A stretch of 64,000 nt of DNA from the NCBI GenBank assembly GCA_951406725.2, contig OX597825.1, positions 62,000,001-62,064,000 on the forward strand, in the 5' to 3' direction. Of the stretch, positions 1 to 14,029 are shown piece by piece. A program made the position numbers and the translations under genes. The notes below the pieces were generated by a model. It was not told where the DNA came from. It did not search any database and worked only from the letters and a program-made list of their open reading frames with translations. Every line of letters begins with the position of its first letter. Within the stretch, counting starts at the first letter, position 1. The stretch is from Octopus vulgaris. Taxonomy: Eukaryota.

Positions 1-555
1 GATCTTCCGTAAGCAAGTGAGGCATATATTTTGCTGTAACTCTTTTTATTCGCAATTCGTCACTCAATATTCATTGGCAGAAGCTCCAGGACACATCAGT
101 CATATCAACAAGGTTTGTCAATTGTTTGGTGGGGGTACTCCAAGATCAGTTTGTGAATTTTCATGATGTTTTAATTTGTTCGGAAAGTCAATGGTCATCC
201 TGAATGAGGTTGGTCTTCAAGCAACAAGTGACCATTCTTAAAGCATGGAAATCACTCATAAGCTTGTGTTTTGCCCATGGCAGTGTCTGTGTAAGCCGTT
301 TGAAGCATGACAACTGTTTTAGCCACCGTTTTCCCAGTAGAAAACAGAATTTTACTTCAGCCATTGCAAAAATAGATGAACAGGGAAGAAACACTGCAAA
401 GCAAAGACACACTGCATGACAATACAACAGTAGTCGTCAATACTGGTCAGGAGACTAATGCCTGAGGGTTGCATCAAGTGGCTTCTAGCAGCAGAAGCCT
501 GAACTATAATGGGTTTGTTCCACAGAGAACATTCCCGGTTACTTTTGGGTAGCTG
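1..555 (-). mobile_element. mariner transposon relic: left end plus N-terminal HTH region of a degenerate transposase, running off the window start
   Basis: Minus-strand frames give FCFLLGK..VMLQTAY..MGKTQAYEWF..FKNG and DVSWSFCQ*ILSDELRIKRVTAKYMPHLLTED, a match to the mariner WVPHEL region. A TIR-like end (CTACCCAAAAGTAACCGGGAAT on minus) lies near 531-555. Confidence 0.85.
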
Positions 556-684
556 CTATCCCATGAAAACACAGCAATCCAACATTATCAAGGAATTTCA
601 CTGCCAAATATTTCTGTTGGTAAAAGAACAACAGAACAAAGAAATTTGTTCTTTTTATTCTTGTTATTATTGATGTTCAGACAA

Positions 685-1065
685 AGATGGTTAATTGGTA
701 GAATTGTTAGCATGCTAAACAAAATGCTTAGTGGCATTTCAGCTGCCTTTTTCCTTTATTTCATTTTATACTCTGAGATCAGATTCTACTAAGGTCAATG
801 TTGGCTTTCATCCTTTCAGGGTTGATAAAATAACTCCCAGTTGAGCACAAGGGTCAGTATAATCAAGTGGCCCCTACCCACAACATTTCAGGTCTTGTGT
901 CTATTAAAAAGGATAATCGATTTTTTGGTAATAAGCTCCCAGAATCGTTGAAGAATCAGAAAAAAATGTATTGTGTTATTTTTTTCATGCTCTTTACATT
1001 CTGAATTCAAATCTGGCTGGAGTCAACTTTGACCTTCATCTCTCTGGCCCAATAAAATAAAGTTA
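685..1065 (+). mobile_element. two decayed tRNA-derived SINEs with a Deu/Nin-like domain
   Basis: Contain the GGCTTTCATCCTTTCAGGGTTGATAAAATAA-type motif, which recurs many times in the window. Confidence 0.75.
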
Positions 1066-1069
1066 GCCA

Positions 1070-1610
1070 GCATAGTTTTGTGCTTCCCAATCACATGGTC
1101 CTGGGTTCAGTCCCACTGCATGGAAACTTGGGCGTGTGTCTTTTGTCAAGGCCTCGAGGTGACCAAAGCCTTGTGAGTGGATTTGGTAGATAGAAACAGA
1201 AAGAAGCCCGTAACTTAGCAGTTCAGCAAAAGAGAATGATGGAATAAGTACTAGGCTTACAAAGAATAAGTCTTGGGGTCGATTTGTTCGACTAGAGGTG
1301 GTGTTCCAGCATGGCTGCAGTCCAATGACTGAAACGAATAAAAGAATATATGTGCATGTGTATGTGTGTGTGTTTGTATATTTCTATCTGCGTTTGTTCC
1401 CCACCACAGCTTGATAACTGGTGCTAGTGCTGGTCTGTTTACGTCCCTGTAGCTTAGCAGTTTAGCAAAATAGACAGGTAGAACAAGTAACTGGATTTTA
1501 AAGAAATAAACAACGGGGGGGGGGGCTGATTCATTTGACTAAGAATTGGAGGCAGTGCTCCAGCATGGCCATAATCTAATAAGCAAAACAAGTGGTAGAT
1601 AAAAGATAAA
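1070..1610 (+). mobile_element. SINE family A copies (CORE-like CCTTGGGCAAGTGTCTT family)
   Basis: Colinear with the copies at 9841-10282 and 20467-20880. Confidence 0.8.
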
Positions 1611-1629
1611 AGAAGTTAAGCAATGGATG

Positions 1630-1892
1630 CAGGCACGGAGCCATGGGGAGGGGGTGCTATGGGGTGCTCAGCACCCCCAGTTAGAATCTGTAATTGTTGT
1701 TGCAGAATTGGCTACTGACCCAACTATGGATTGAATTAAGGAGTGGCTGACGCTGGGTCAGTTGTTGTTGTTGTTGTGGTCATGGTGGCGATGGCGTCGG
1801 TGGTGCTGGTGATTGTCGTTGTTGCTGTTGAAAAGTATGTGAAGAATTGTTGCTGTAGTTAGAGATTTATGGTAATAAATGCATCACTACAC

Positions 1893-1923
<31 letters not shown>

Positions 1924-4600
1924 AAGGAACAGAGATGGATATTAAAAAGTTATTTTATTTCTACTAGTCAGAGAGGATTATTATTCGCGACAAAGGAAAG
2001 AAAATTTTTGAAATTTCCCAAAATATACATTCAGAAAGGATTTTTCATGTGAGTACTTTCACCGAATAATTTTTCTTACACTTTGAACAAAGTTTATACT
2101 AAAATCATTTTGTGTCTAACTAAAAGAAGCATAACTTTGAAGAAATGGAAAAAAAAAATTGAACTGAAATCTGTTATGAGTTTAATTTAAAAATACATAA
2201 ATTTTAAGAAATCGTTACTCTTACAATGGTATTCTTCCATAGAATTAATTATTGCGAACATCTGTACCCAAAAATTATGAATCACTACCGAAAAAGAGAA
2301 CTGAAGCAATCATTGCTGAATTTCCAATCTGATTCATCTAATAATACTAAATAGAAGAGAATTGCAAACGAAGTTTTGCAGCTCAAGGGAGGTCTTGCAA
2401 AGTCTTTGACACCCTCATTGGATGATCTAGGACAGGTCAACTGCCAACCAGTGCAGCCAGTTCTAGCCAAGTTTGATTAAAAAATTTATGGAAATTAGAG
2501 ACGCGACTTCTCGTCAAGCTGGTATACTGGTCGTCCATGGTTGGAGTATTATCTTTTCAAAGAAAGCCTTGTTTTATTTTGCTTGTCGGCACTTTAATAC
2601 TTCTGCTCAAGCGGATATTTGTTTTATTAAAAATGGATATTCTAATTGGCATCATGCAAAAGAAAAAAAAGAACAACAAAGGTTTAAATAAGCACGCAAA
2701 CTCGGCATTCCATATCCAAGCTATGGTAACATGGAAGGGATGCCAACAGCATTTATCCACAACATCCGTGTCTTCAATCTTGCAAAATGATCAGTTGAGC
2801 AAACACCGTTATTATATCAGTTCCGTTGTTGATATTGATAATTTTCTTTGAACAAACGAATTGCCTTTTCGAGGAAACGAAAATGAAGTTTTTCAGGATC
2901 TTTATTCGGAAGATGACATGCAGCCTTGTGGTGTTTTTATGAAATTATTCCAGTACACATTAGAGAAAGACTCAAAGCTAATGGAATGTTACAGCACAAT
3001 TCTAAAAAATGCAACCTACACCTCAGTAGCAATGTAAAATGAAATCATTGAATTGTTGAGAAGACACACTGTGAGCCTCGTGTTCGATGAAATAAAATGT
3101 TCCGATGTTCCTTATTTTATGCTGAAATGTGACGGAACGTGTGATTTGAGTAATACTGACAATTTTGTAATTGTTATTAGGTTCTAAAAACCGGTAGAGT
3201 TCTGGAATAGTTGCGATGCCAACTACTCAAAATTATGATGCTGAAACATTGGCCGACTTGATAATTAAGGAATTAACCAATCTTTGCATTGACCCAAAGC
3301 ATATGTTGTCACAATGCTTTGATGATGCTTCTGTGATGTCTAGCAAAATAGATGGCATTCAAAGAAAGATTCAGAATCGACTTGAGAAATATATTCCTTA
3401 TGTTCATTGTCTTAAGCATCAGTTGCTTCTTGTAGTTAACACAATAAAGTGGATTCCGGAGTTAGCTACGTTCTTCGACGCTGTTAATATTCTTCATAAT
3501 TTTATTAAACGGCCAAAGATAGCTAGTCTCTGCAAAGGATTGAAGTTGCCATGTCCTATGGAGCATATGTGGTCGGGTCATTTCACTACCAATGTTTCTG
3601 TAATAGAAGATCACTCCAAAATTGTTGGTTCGCTAACTGAATGCACAGATCCGTCAGAATCAAAAATGTGTGTAGAGGAAACTGGAATTTTACATCAAGT
3701 TCATTCCCCAAGGTTTGTTTTTCTAGCCCTTGTTCTTAGCAAATTTCTGCTTATAATTAGACCAGTAGACAAACAGCTACAGAGTCACAAATGTGATATA
3801 TACCATGGCCTTGGGCTTCTTAAGATTGCCAAGAGTGAAATAACCAAACTGAGAAACAAATGAGTCAATTCAACGTTATTGAGGTACGCATGTGTCGAAA
3901 AGCTTGTGGGTCGAGACGTTTTTCAGATTATGTTTTTGAAGCCCTGGTACCTTCACAAGATGACTGGATAACCTTTTATCACAAAATTTATTTTGCAATC
4001 ATTGACAAAAGCTTGGGAGAGCTAGATAATAGATTTTCCGAGCAAAACGATAGTATATTTCTTCCTTGGCAAGTTTACTACCAACGTCTGAGACATTTTT
4101 GGATTTTGATACTTTAAAACCATTGAGCAATTTAGTTAATTGTGATAAATCGGCCTTATTTTCTGAACTTACTGTGGCTAAAGCATACATTTCCAAACAA
4201 AATATGATGACACTGCTTCATATTTTTGGATCTTTACGTATTGCACAGGAGGCCTTTCCAAATGTTTATCTTTTGTATGGTGCAGTATTAACCTTTGGAT
4301 CTAGCACAGCTACATGTGAATCATCGTTTTCGACGCTAACTCGAATTATGGCACCCTTTCGACGAAATATGAAGCACCAGTGAAAATCAAACCACGTGAT
4401 ATTTGCTTTCCTTAATTAATACAAATCAAGTATAGACAGGGACGATTTTCTTAAATTTTTTGCCTTGCATTACCGTAGTTCGCAGTTGTATTAAAATGTA
4501 ACCTGATTTTATTTCATTTTCTGAATTTTTTTGAGACTTGTGTCGTACAGTTCTTGTACGACATAATAAAATAATACATTAAGTCCGTTTAAGAGATAGT
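1630..4600 (+). mobile_element. hAT DNA transposon (Tip100/ZMYM1-like); left end visible, right end not located
   Basis: G-rich terminal motif CAGGCACGGAGCCATGGGGAGGGGG...CAGCACCCCC at about 1631-1678, followed by a transposase pseudogene. Confidence 0.7.
2277..4494 (+). pseudogene. degenerate hAT transposase (TTF-type zinc finger, DUF4371-like region, hATC dimerisation domain)
   Basis: Successive frames give RRDFSSSWY..RPWLEY, FYFACRHF..GYSNW, LPFRGNE, SQCFDDASVMS..YVHCLKHQL, ELDNRFSE and AFPNVYLL..SSTATCESSFSTL. Many stops and frameshifts. Confidence 0.9.
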
Positions 4601-5059
4601 GCTAGATGCTTGTCCGCTCACCGGTACTACTCGAACTCCAGAGTCTGCACATTGCTCATGAGCTGTCGGATCACGACCGACCTTCCATCAACCCATTGGC
4701 ATTACTCCACCATAATCCTGGTGGATTAATCCATCTGTTCTACCTACTATTTCCACATGATAGAGACATAATCAAATTTCATAAACAGTACAGTTTTTAG
4801 AGTTCTGTTCAGTGAGTGTAATACAAAAAGCCCCCTAAGAAAAAAGATCATCAAACAAACTCCCCATAGTTAAAGTATGAAAATGTTTAGTCTTTTTTTT
4901 ACAACCACGGTTTCCGTTTTTGTTTATTTGGAATTATATAAATATTATGTTTAAAGATTTGGCTGTTATCTCTTGCATGTGGAAATACCTTTTAGGCTTA
5001 ACTATGTTCTTGTTAAAAATCATTTAAAAAAATATTGGAGTCGATACATTCGACTAAAA

Positions 5060-5232
5060 ATTATTGACTTAATCATGGCTTATCTCATAACTTTGAGATT
5101 TCAACGATGTGGTTGTTTATTTTTAGAATGACATTGCTGCATAAGTGTGAGAGGCCAAATCTGGCCAGTTTGAACATAAAACAGGTAGAATATTTTAGTT
5201 AGACATGGCTTGCTTAAATGCTAAAGGGTTAA
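5060..5232. mobile_element. partial TTAA-flanked MITE (piggyBac-like end ...GCTAAAGGG-TTAA)
   Basis: Same family as 27298-27499. Confidence 0.65.
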
Positions 5233-5919
5233 ATTTAGAAACAGTTATGCATTGACAAAGAACACACAAACACACATCTATACTGAAACATAGAAATAAA
5301 CCATGAATATATTTTTGAATATATATAAGAATTAAATTAAAGAATAAAAGTATGATGTGAGCAGGCATTCAACTTTTGTATTGAATCACTGAACCTACCA
5401 CAGTTGAAATTATTCTGTAATTCCTATCACCATCCCAGATCATCAATCCAACATCAAACATTTCTTCACAAACGAAGCAGCCTTCATTATGTTAGCAAAC
5501 TATAGTCAGTAAAACACTATTGCTCTGCTAGCCTTTCCACCACCACACCGCTTCAGATCCTATCATAATGATAACCACCAACGTTTTACACAAGTTAAAA
5601 GCTATATGTCTTTTGATGTCGAAGCTTGACCCAAAAGATTACAAGATTCTGTGGTTATCATAAATGGTGACAGGTCACTATTGACCAGGTTTTAAGTTAA
5701 CCACCATATCAAACAAAAGTCAATGCTGTCTGTTTGAATGGTTCACAGATATAATTTAGCACACGTGCGAGAGGTTACTCGTTTCTACTGTTTAAAGTAT
5801 TTTAGACAAAATTTATCTCCAAAGAAGCTTTTCCTGTTGTATTTGTAGTACTTAAAGTATTACAGAATCATCCCTAGTAGATATGTAATATAATGCCATA
5901 ATATTGATAACAATAATCC

Positions 5920-6130
5920 GTTCCACTATAGGCAAAAGGAAGCTTGAAATTTGTGGGGAGGGGACTAGTCGATTAGATTGACCCCAGTGTGTAACTGGTA
6001 CTTACTTCATTGACCCTGAAAGGCTGAAATGTAAAGTCAACCTCAGCAGAATTTGAACTCAGAACATAAAGATGGAAGAAACATCACCAAGCAGTGTGCT
6101 CAGCATGCTAATGATTCTACAAGTTCAACA
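5920..6130 (-). mobile_element. Deu/Nin-domain SINE
   Basis: Reverse complement of the family at 53450-53667. Confidence 0.8.
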
Positions 6131-6177
6131 CCTAAATAATGATAGTAATAATGATAAAAATAATGATAATAATAATA

Positions 6178-6732
6178 CCAGGCAATGGCTCTCATGGCTT
6201 CCGATCTTAACTGATTGGAAGTGTTATCATGTACATTGATTTGTCTTGGTATAAAAGATGGGCTACAACATATATTCTGCTCAATACCACAGATTTGCTT
6301 GTCAGTTGTTTGACCTTAATCAGTTGAGCATGTCCCTCAGTGGCTGGTGATATGTGCATCTCTGATCATGAGTAGAAGTAGTGGGGGAGCATCATAGCCA
6401 TGTGTTGAAAGGAATTCTTTGAGGCTTGAATAATTCACCTCTGGAAATATGGGTGTTTCGTTTAACATCCTTAAACAACCCTTATTCCGGGACCTTTTGA
6501 TCGGGATGGGTTACTCGACCAGAAGAAAATTCTAACTGGGCCCCACCTGCAAGGTCATGCACTGTTTATCTTGATATGAGATCACCATGTCGGGCACACA
6601 TGCTTGTGATGCATGTGCTTAGTGTACCCTTATCAGACAGGTAGTCATGATGGGTATACTGGGCTTCGTATATTTTACCCCAGTGTCACTTTGATGGCAT
6701 GCACTGCTCTCTCACTCAATAATAATAATAAT
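6178..6732 (+). mobile_element. non-coding retroposon-like insert bounded by (AAT)n
   Basis: Complex ~550 bp segment between AAT runs, ending CTCTCTCACTC(AAT)n. Confidence 0.55.
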
Positions 6733-7239
6733 TCTTTCTACTGAAAGGACAAGCTTTGAAATTTTTGGCAGGGGACTAGAGGGGACTAGTCGATAAATCA
6801 CTGCCTATAATTCTTGGAAACTTTAATTCCCAGGATTATCTAGTCATGGAATTATAAGATAAGTGATATAATGCATTACTTTTAATAAAGGGTAGAGAAA
6901 CCAGAGAGAACTACAGCCATATAACGGTAAATTCTAAACATGCAACTGAATCTATGATCACAGGGCACCTAGGTGTCAGGACAAGAAACGGCATTCAGCA
7001 ACCACTCAAGCTCTAAACCATTGGAGTCACTGCTCCTTGCCTCCAGTGCCTTCTTGGCTGGAACTGGTGAGGGGACTTTGCACATACCCCTTGTGTCAAT
7101 GATATGGTTGTACTTTTCCATTGGTCATAGCACAAATTTTGGGATCAGACTAACTCGTATGGGCTGCAGCAGCAGTTGCAGTGCGCCACATGTGGCACGA
7201 TGTTAGTAGTGGCTCCACATGCATCCAAAAGATACACAT

Positions 7240-7640
7240 GTGACTATGTGGTTAAAAAGTTTGCTTCTAAACTGTGTCGTTTTGGGTCCAGTCCCAGTGT
7301 GTCCCCCTTGGACAAGCACCTTTTATTATGGCTTTGGGCTCACCAAAGCATTGTGAGTAGATTTGATTGATGGAAACTGAAAGAAGCCCATCGTGTATAG
7401 AAATATTTATCTAAGTATCTTCGTGTATGTGTTTGCCCATCACCACTGCTTGGCAACCTATGTTGGCTTGTTTATGTCCTCATAACTTAGCAGTTCAGCA
7501 AAAGAGACACATAGAAAATGTCCCATGCTTAAAAATAAGTAGTAGAGTCGATTTGTCTGACTAAAACCCTTCAATGCTCTACCCCAGCATGACCTCAGTC
7601 CAATGACTGAAACAAGCAAAAGATAAAAAAATAAAGATGA
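7240..7640 (+). mobile_element. SINE family A, decayed
   Basis: Colinear with 9841-10282. Confidence 0.8.
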
Positions 7641-8035
7641 ATAATTTGCTAAAATGACCAAATGTTTAATGGTTGGAAGATATAACGATTATCGAGTTTG
7701 ATTATCAACATACAAATTGTTTGTTTAAGGCTTATTGACGCCAGAAATTATTCAGTCTGCTACATTCTTTAAGTTTTATATATCTCTGTCTAACGAAGGG
7801 TTAAGTTACCTTTCTGTATGAAGAGATGCAGCTCAATACATCGTTATTTTTATATTCACAGACACACACACACACACACACTAGTCTGATGCAAATTTCC
7901 AGGCAATGAATTTTACTTAAACACTGGTGTCTCAAACACCTACATTAGAAGCCAGTATAGTTTTATACACTATCACAAGTACAGAAATCTATCCATTTAT
8001 TCATATTTATATGCACACAGATATATGTATATATT

Positions 8036-8084
<49 letters not shown>

Positions 8085-8093
8085 ATATCTATA

Positions 8094-8142
<49 letters not shown>

Positions 8143-8199
8143 GTATATATATGGCAAATCAAAGATGGAAGATGGAATATACAGGAATTTATTATTAAT

Positions 8200-8300
8200 C
8201 ATGCCAATTGTTTCAACACATCTAGCATTGATTCCTCATGGGTGGGACACTCAACAACTGGTTCAGGAGTATCCAGCAGTGCAAATGTATCTCGTTGGGG
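8200..8300 (-). ncRNA. degenerate hammerhead ribozyme motif with a long stem II
   Basis: Minus strand reads CCAACGA-GATACAT...ATGTGTT-GAAAC-AATT-GGC. Both core boxes are mutated. The segment abuts a (TA)n tract at about 8151. Confidence 0.4.
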
Positions 8301-8524
8301 GATAAATGAATACAACTCGTTAAAATAACACTTCTGCAATGTAATTTCTCACTTTGTAGAAAGAAAAACAGCCAGACAGAGGAAATATCTTCATTTATAT
8401 AGAAGATCAAGAATATAATCACAGATGACAAAAAGAGAAACGAACACACACTCTAGCGAGAAAGTTATTTAAAATAATCGATAATAGGTATGAATGTATA
8501 AACGCCCTTAGGCAAGTGACATGA

Positions 8525-8975
<451 letters not shown>

Positions 8976-9504
8976 GGAAATAGAGACTGTCTCTTACTTT
9001 CACGCCACTACCTCACTCATACTTATTGTCGTTGATACTAATCTCATATGTTCCTGTAAATTCCACTCTGACCAACTACATACTTCAGCTACTTTCTCTG
9101 TTCCTCAGGTAGTATTTTCAGGAAAATCTCACATGTTTTATTATCCCTTGCTTTTCCTTTTCTCATAAGGGAAAGACACCATGCATTTTATATTATGCCA
9201 CATTACTCTGTATTTGTTTGTTAATATTATTTCCTGCTAGTTATAAATCACTGTCCATTGTATTGTAAATTGTAAACCTTTGTAACGCTCCATTTTTCAT
9301 GATAAGAAATATCACTTTTGGTTATATTTATAATCATGGAGTGATCTTGGGTCTTTCAAAGTTGAAACTATTACTAGTCAACATAATATGATAGATGAGA
9401 GCTCTTTTTTCCTGTTTGTATTTATATGCCATTGCTATCAGCATTGACCCATCTCCAATTAGTTAATCTGTAGTGAGTGATTGAGCCTCTTCATCTTAAT
9501 GTGT

Positions 9505-9770
9505 GCAAAGGGGGCCAGTTCCTGAGATGGCTGTTCAGGCCAAGGGTGGTATAGAAGAGCTGGGAGCATTTATCATAGGAGAGGGTTGGTGGTGGATAAT
9601 GAAGTGTGAGTTGTTCTTTGTATCTTCACTATCTAATCTCTGCTTCTTAACTTCTGATATTTTTCATCTGCTACAATCCCTTGACGATTAAATGCTACAA
9701 TTTTGGGTAATCCCCGGCAATTCTCTTCCAAATATTTGGGTCAATGGAGCAGTTGAGGAGAGTGGCTTAC
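9505..9770 (-). mobile_element. old RTE-type LINE C-terminal relic
   Basis: Minus translation gives CSIDPNIWKRIAGD..HLIVKG and DKCSQLFYTTLGLNSHLRN. Confidence 0.65.
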
Positions 9771-9840
9771 CTGAATCATATGTCTCCTAGCTAATATTTA
9801 TCTCAGTTAACCCTCATTGTAGATAGATATAAAATAAAAG

Positions 9841-10010
9841 GCGTAGGAGTGGGTGTGTGGTAAGTAGTTTGCTTACCAATCACATGGTTCCTGGTTCAGA
9901 CCCACTGCATGGCACCTTGGGCAAGTGTCTTCTACTATAGCCTCGGGCCAACCAAAGCCTTGTGAGTGGATTTGGTAGACAGAAACTGAAAGATGCCCAT
10001 CGTATATATA

Positions 10011-10047
<37 letters not shown>

Positions 10048-10282
10048 GTATATATATATATATTTATGTATGTATGTGTGTGTGTCTGTGTTTGTCCCCC
10101 CAACATCACTTGACAACCAATGCTGGTGTGTTTACGTTCCCCGTAACTTAGCAGTTTGGCAAAAAGATACTGATAGAATAAGTACTATGCTTACAAAGAT
10201 TAAGTCCTGGGGTCGATTTGCTCGACTAAAGGCAGTGCTCCAGCATGGCTGCAGTCAAATGACTGAAACAAGTAAAAGAGTA
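9841..10282 (+). mobile_element. full-length SINE family A with an internal (TA)n/(TG)n tract
   Basis: tRNA-like head GGCGTAGGAGTGG..GGTTCAGACCC, CORE-like CCTTGGGCAAGTGTCTT, tail GTAAAAGAGTAA. Confidence 0.9.
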
Positions 10283-10374
10283 ACCCTTTTACTCATAAAA
10301 CTGAAGGACAAAATTAAATGTATCAAGTATAATATTCCTGATAGTCAACTACCTTCAAAAACAATAAAAAACTA

Positions 10375-10692
10375 GCACCCTGTTGGTTATGACGACTAGG
10401 GTTCCAGTTGATCTGATCAACAGAACAGCCTTGCTCATGAAATTAATGTGCATATGGCTGAGCACTCCACAGACATGTGTACCCTTAATGTAGTTCTCAG
10501 GGAGATTCAGTGTGACACAGAGTGTGACAAGGCTGGCCCTTTGAAATACAGGTACTACTTATTTTTATCGGCTGAGTGGACTGAAGCAATGTGAAATTAT
10601 GTGCCTTCCTCAAGGACACAGTGTGTCACCAGGAATTGAACTCATCACCTTATGATCGTAATCTGACTACACTGAGCACTAAGCTACATGCT
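10375..10692 (-). mobile_element. tRNA-derived SINE (shares its 3' part with 51500-51850)
   Basis: Shares the GGCTGAGCACTCCACAGACA..GGCCCTTTGAAATACAGG block with the 51500 copy. Confidence 0.75.
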
Positions 10693-11189
10693 TTTATTCA
10701 CAAGCAATAATTAACAAGGATTTCTTGTACTGGTATTTCAGGATGATAATTTATTGGTTTGCTCTACTGAATCGTCTCCAAGTACAAGTACGTACTTCCT
10801 ATTTTGTTGTCCTGAAGAGAGATGAAAAACAAATCAGTTCAGGCAGAGTTAAATGGTTTCTTATACAACACTGAATCAACCCTAAAACATAACTGGTACA
10901 TAGTTTATCAAATCTGAAATTATGAAATTGTTCCTACATATTTTAACTTAATTATAACGGAACATAGTTATACATTGCAAAGTATTTAAATTAGTATCTT
11001 ACCATTTCCTCACTGGTTCCTATGTTATTGACTCAATTGAGAAGTGAGATAAAAATCAATCCAATCCTGTGAGAAATATTCAGTGGTTTCTCATATTGGA
11101 ATAAGGATTCATAGATTCTTGAGTTGTTTACTTGCTTCATGTTCTTGTTCAATGGGGTTAGGGGTTATTCCAAGTTAGTGGTCCCAGAG

Positions 11190-11590
11190 GTGTCATAATG
11201 TGTAGAGCTGACCAGATAAACCAATTATCTCCATGACAGGCGGTTCCATGCCAGCAACTCTACATCCTCCAAGGTGATGTCGAGCCTCTGGAGATCTTCT
11301 CTAATCATGTCCAGCCATTTGGTGCAGGGCCTACCACGAGCGCTCTTCCAACCTGCAACTGTTATGTCAAATGTGAGTAAAACCCTGGTAAGATGATCTA
11401 GTGGGAAACAGAGGACATGTCCATACCAGCACATGCAATGGATAGCTATATAGTAAGAGGATGTGGACTGATGTGTGTACACATACAGTTCTTTGTTGGA
11501 AATATGATGACAGTGCTGAGAGTTAGGTGCAGGTGAATGGGAAGAACTCTGACCAGCTCCCCATCAACACAAGGAGTTAGACAAGGCTAA
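11190..11590 (-). mobile_element. RTE LINE 3' fragment with a short inverted RT piece at its 5' side
   Basis: Minus: WYGHVL..RGRPCTKWLDMIREDL..LAWNRLSWR. Plus at about 11527-11580: VQVNGKNSDQLPIN.GVRQG. Confidence 0.75.
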
Positions 11591-11944
11591 ATGGCCATCC
11601 CTAACCTTTTCAGCTGTGTCGATTACCTGATGACTCTTAGGTCAACCCAAGAATATGACTAGTATGTATTTACCAACATTAAAATGAAGCAATTCACCTG
11701 GCAAGTTTTTAATTTGATTTGAAATACAGCTAAAATACTGCAAAGCGTTTGAAACCAGGACATTAACATTTCTTCACTGCATCAATTATAAAAATTATCT
11801 AAAAGAAAGCAATTTTGTCTCCTCTTACTGTAAACCAAAATTCCATTTAACTGATAATATCATACTGAATGGAAACATTACTATAATTAGAGCCACTTTT
11901 GTTGATATCATTACATGCATTTGCGATGAATATTAACATAAAAA

Positions 11945-12240
11945 GTGCAAGATATCGGGGAAAATGGATATGCAGACAGGAAAGTAAATGGACATATAGA
12001 TATGACAGAAAATGCATATGTAGACAGGAAAAAAAAATAGATATGAAGATATGTGAAAAATGGGATATATAGATATAAATGAGAAAATGTATCTATATAT
12101 ACACACACATGAGAATATATGGATGTATAGACATGGGAAATGATTGGGATATACAGACGTAAGAGAAAATGGATGTAGAAATAGGAATGAAGATAAATAT
12201 ATATAGACATGAGAGAAAATAGATGTATAGACTTGAGAGA
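11945..12240. repeat. degenerate purine-rich minisatellite (unit of about 22-24 bp, like ATGGATATATAGACATGAGAGAAA)
   Basis: About a dozen diverged units visible. Confidence 0.7.
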
Positions 12241-12374
12241 AACTATTTGAATATATCCTTTCAATCTCATGTAACTGATGTAGCAATGATAAGAGCAAGT
12301 TTCATGTTTAGTGGAGAGATTTCAGACATTATTAGTGAATTCAGCAGAGGAATCAAACTAGTATCTCACTATTG

Positions 12375-12389
12375 CTCTCTCTCTCTCTG

Positions 12390-12425
<36 letters not shown>

Positions 12426-12708
12426 TATATGTATATATATGTATGTATGTATATAAACACACATGCATATATACATACAGAGAGACAAACAGATAGTCAT
12501 CTAAATATATGTGTTCATGTATGTGGGTGTGTATGTATATATATAGTCACAAACAACAATATATACATATACACACACATTTATACATACATATGTATAT
12601 ATATACACATGCATACACATGTATAAATATATGCACATATATGTATACACATATATAGATATATAAATCTAGATACATCTAACTCAAATGCATATATAGA
12701 TTGATATA

Positions 12709-12756
<48 letters not shown>

Positions 12757-12806
12757 TACATATATATATATATATTGATGAGTGTGTGTATATATATATG
12801 TTTATA

Positions 12807-12869
<63 letters not shown>

Positions 12870-12873
12870 GTCC

Positions 12874-12907
<34 letters not shown>

Positions 12908-13474
12908 ATATATTGATGTATAGAATTGTAAGAGTAAGGCTATTGCGGTTTTCATTCAAGCAGAGATTCAAATGAATCAATGGTAGAGAAAGAGAAGAGC
13001 ACAAGTGAATACAATTCAAAAGACTATCGCAAGTTCTAAGCAGAAGATTAAACAACATAGCTTCACTGCATTATATATGTTCAGGCCCTGAAGGAGTTTC
13101 ACAGTGATGATCACAGCCTAAAAACTAAGTGAGATAAATGAGGTAGACAGAATAAGAAATTAACAGACAATAGCCAGGGACACACCTAGAAGTCAGGCCA
13201 ACAGAGATTGATGCTGTATATCCAGGAGATTGAACGCAATAACAATGAGGAAAAAAAAAAATCAATAGTTATTGTGTTTGATTATGAGTTTATATGTAGA
13301 CATATATTATGAGCTTGTATATTTTTTTTTTGTGTGTATATATATATATATATATATATTTGTGCATGATGTGGTGTGTATGGGTATCTGAATGTATGCT
13401 TATAGATTCATACACATATTAATATATATATGTCTATGTCTATATATATATATATATATGTTTATATATATATG

Positions 13475-13525
<51 letters not shown>

Positions 13526-13559
13526 CATATTTATATATATATATATGTATATGTCTATA

Positions 13560-13591
<32 letters not shown>

Positions 13592-13616
13592 CATATATGT
13601 ATGTATATATATATAC

Positions 13617-13647
<31 letters not shown>

Positions 13648-13653
13648 TGTATG

Positions 13654-13688
<35 letters not shown>

Positions 13689-13703
13689 GTATATATATTT
13701 ATA

Positions 13704-13748
<45 letters not shown>

Positions 13749-13750
13749 CA
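12375..13750. repeat. compound (TA)n/(CA)n microsatellite fields with a unique ~350 bp insert at about 12920-13260
   Basis: Direct reading. These tracts produce the YIYI ORFs. Confidence 0.9.
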
Positions 13751-14029
13751 CATCCATGCATGGACACACAACCACAGTTAATCCTCATATCATGCTGGCA
13801 TAATTTGAACATTTTTATAAGGCAGTGTTTTATGGCCAGATGCTCTTCCTGTTAGCAACCCCCTTAGCTACTGTTTACAATGCATATAAACAACTGTATG
13901 TCTATTCTAAACTTGAGATGTGTATGGAAATGGTGAGCGAAATCATGGCATATAACTGGGATTTTTCCACGAAATTACCTGTTGCAAGGAATACAATAAA
14001 CTTGTGGATGGAGCAAAGTTGAAGCTAAA

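Noticed and set aside
3216-3863. 215-aa ORF as a domesticated ZMYM1-like gene
   Set aside because: It is one open stretch of a transposase that has multiple stops and frameshifts on both sides.
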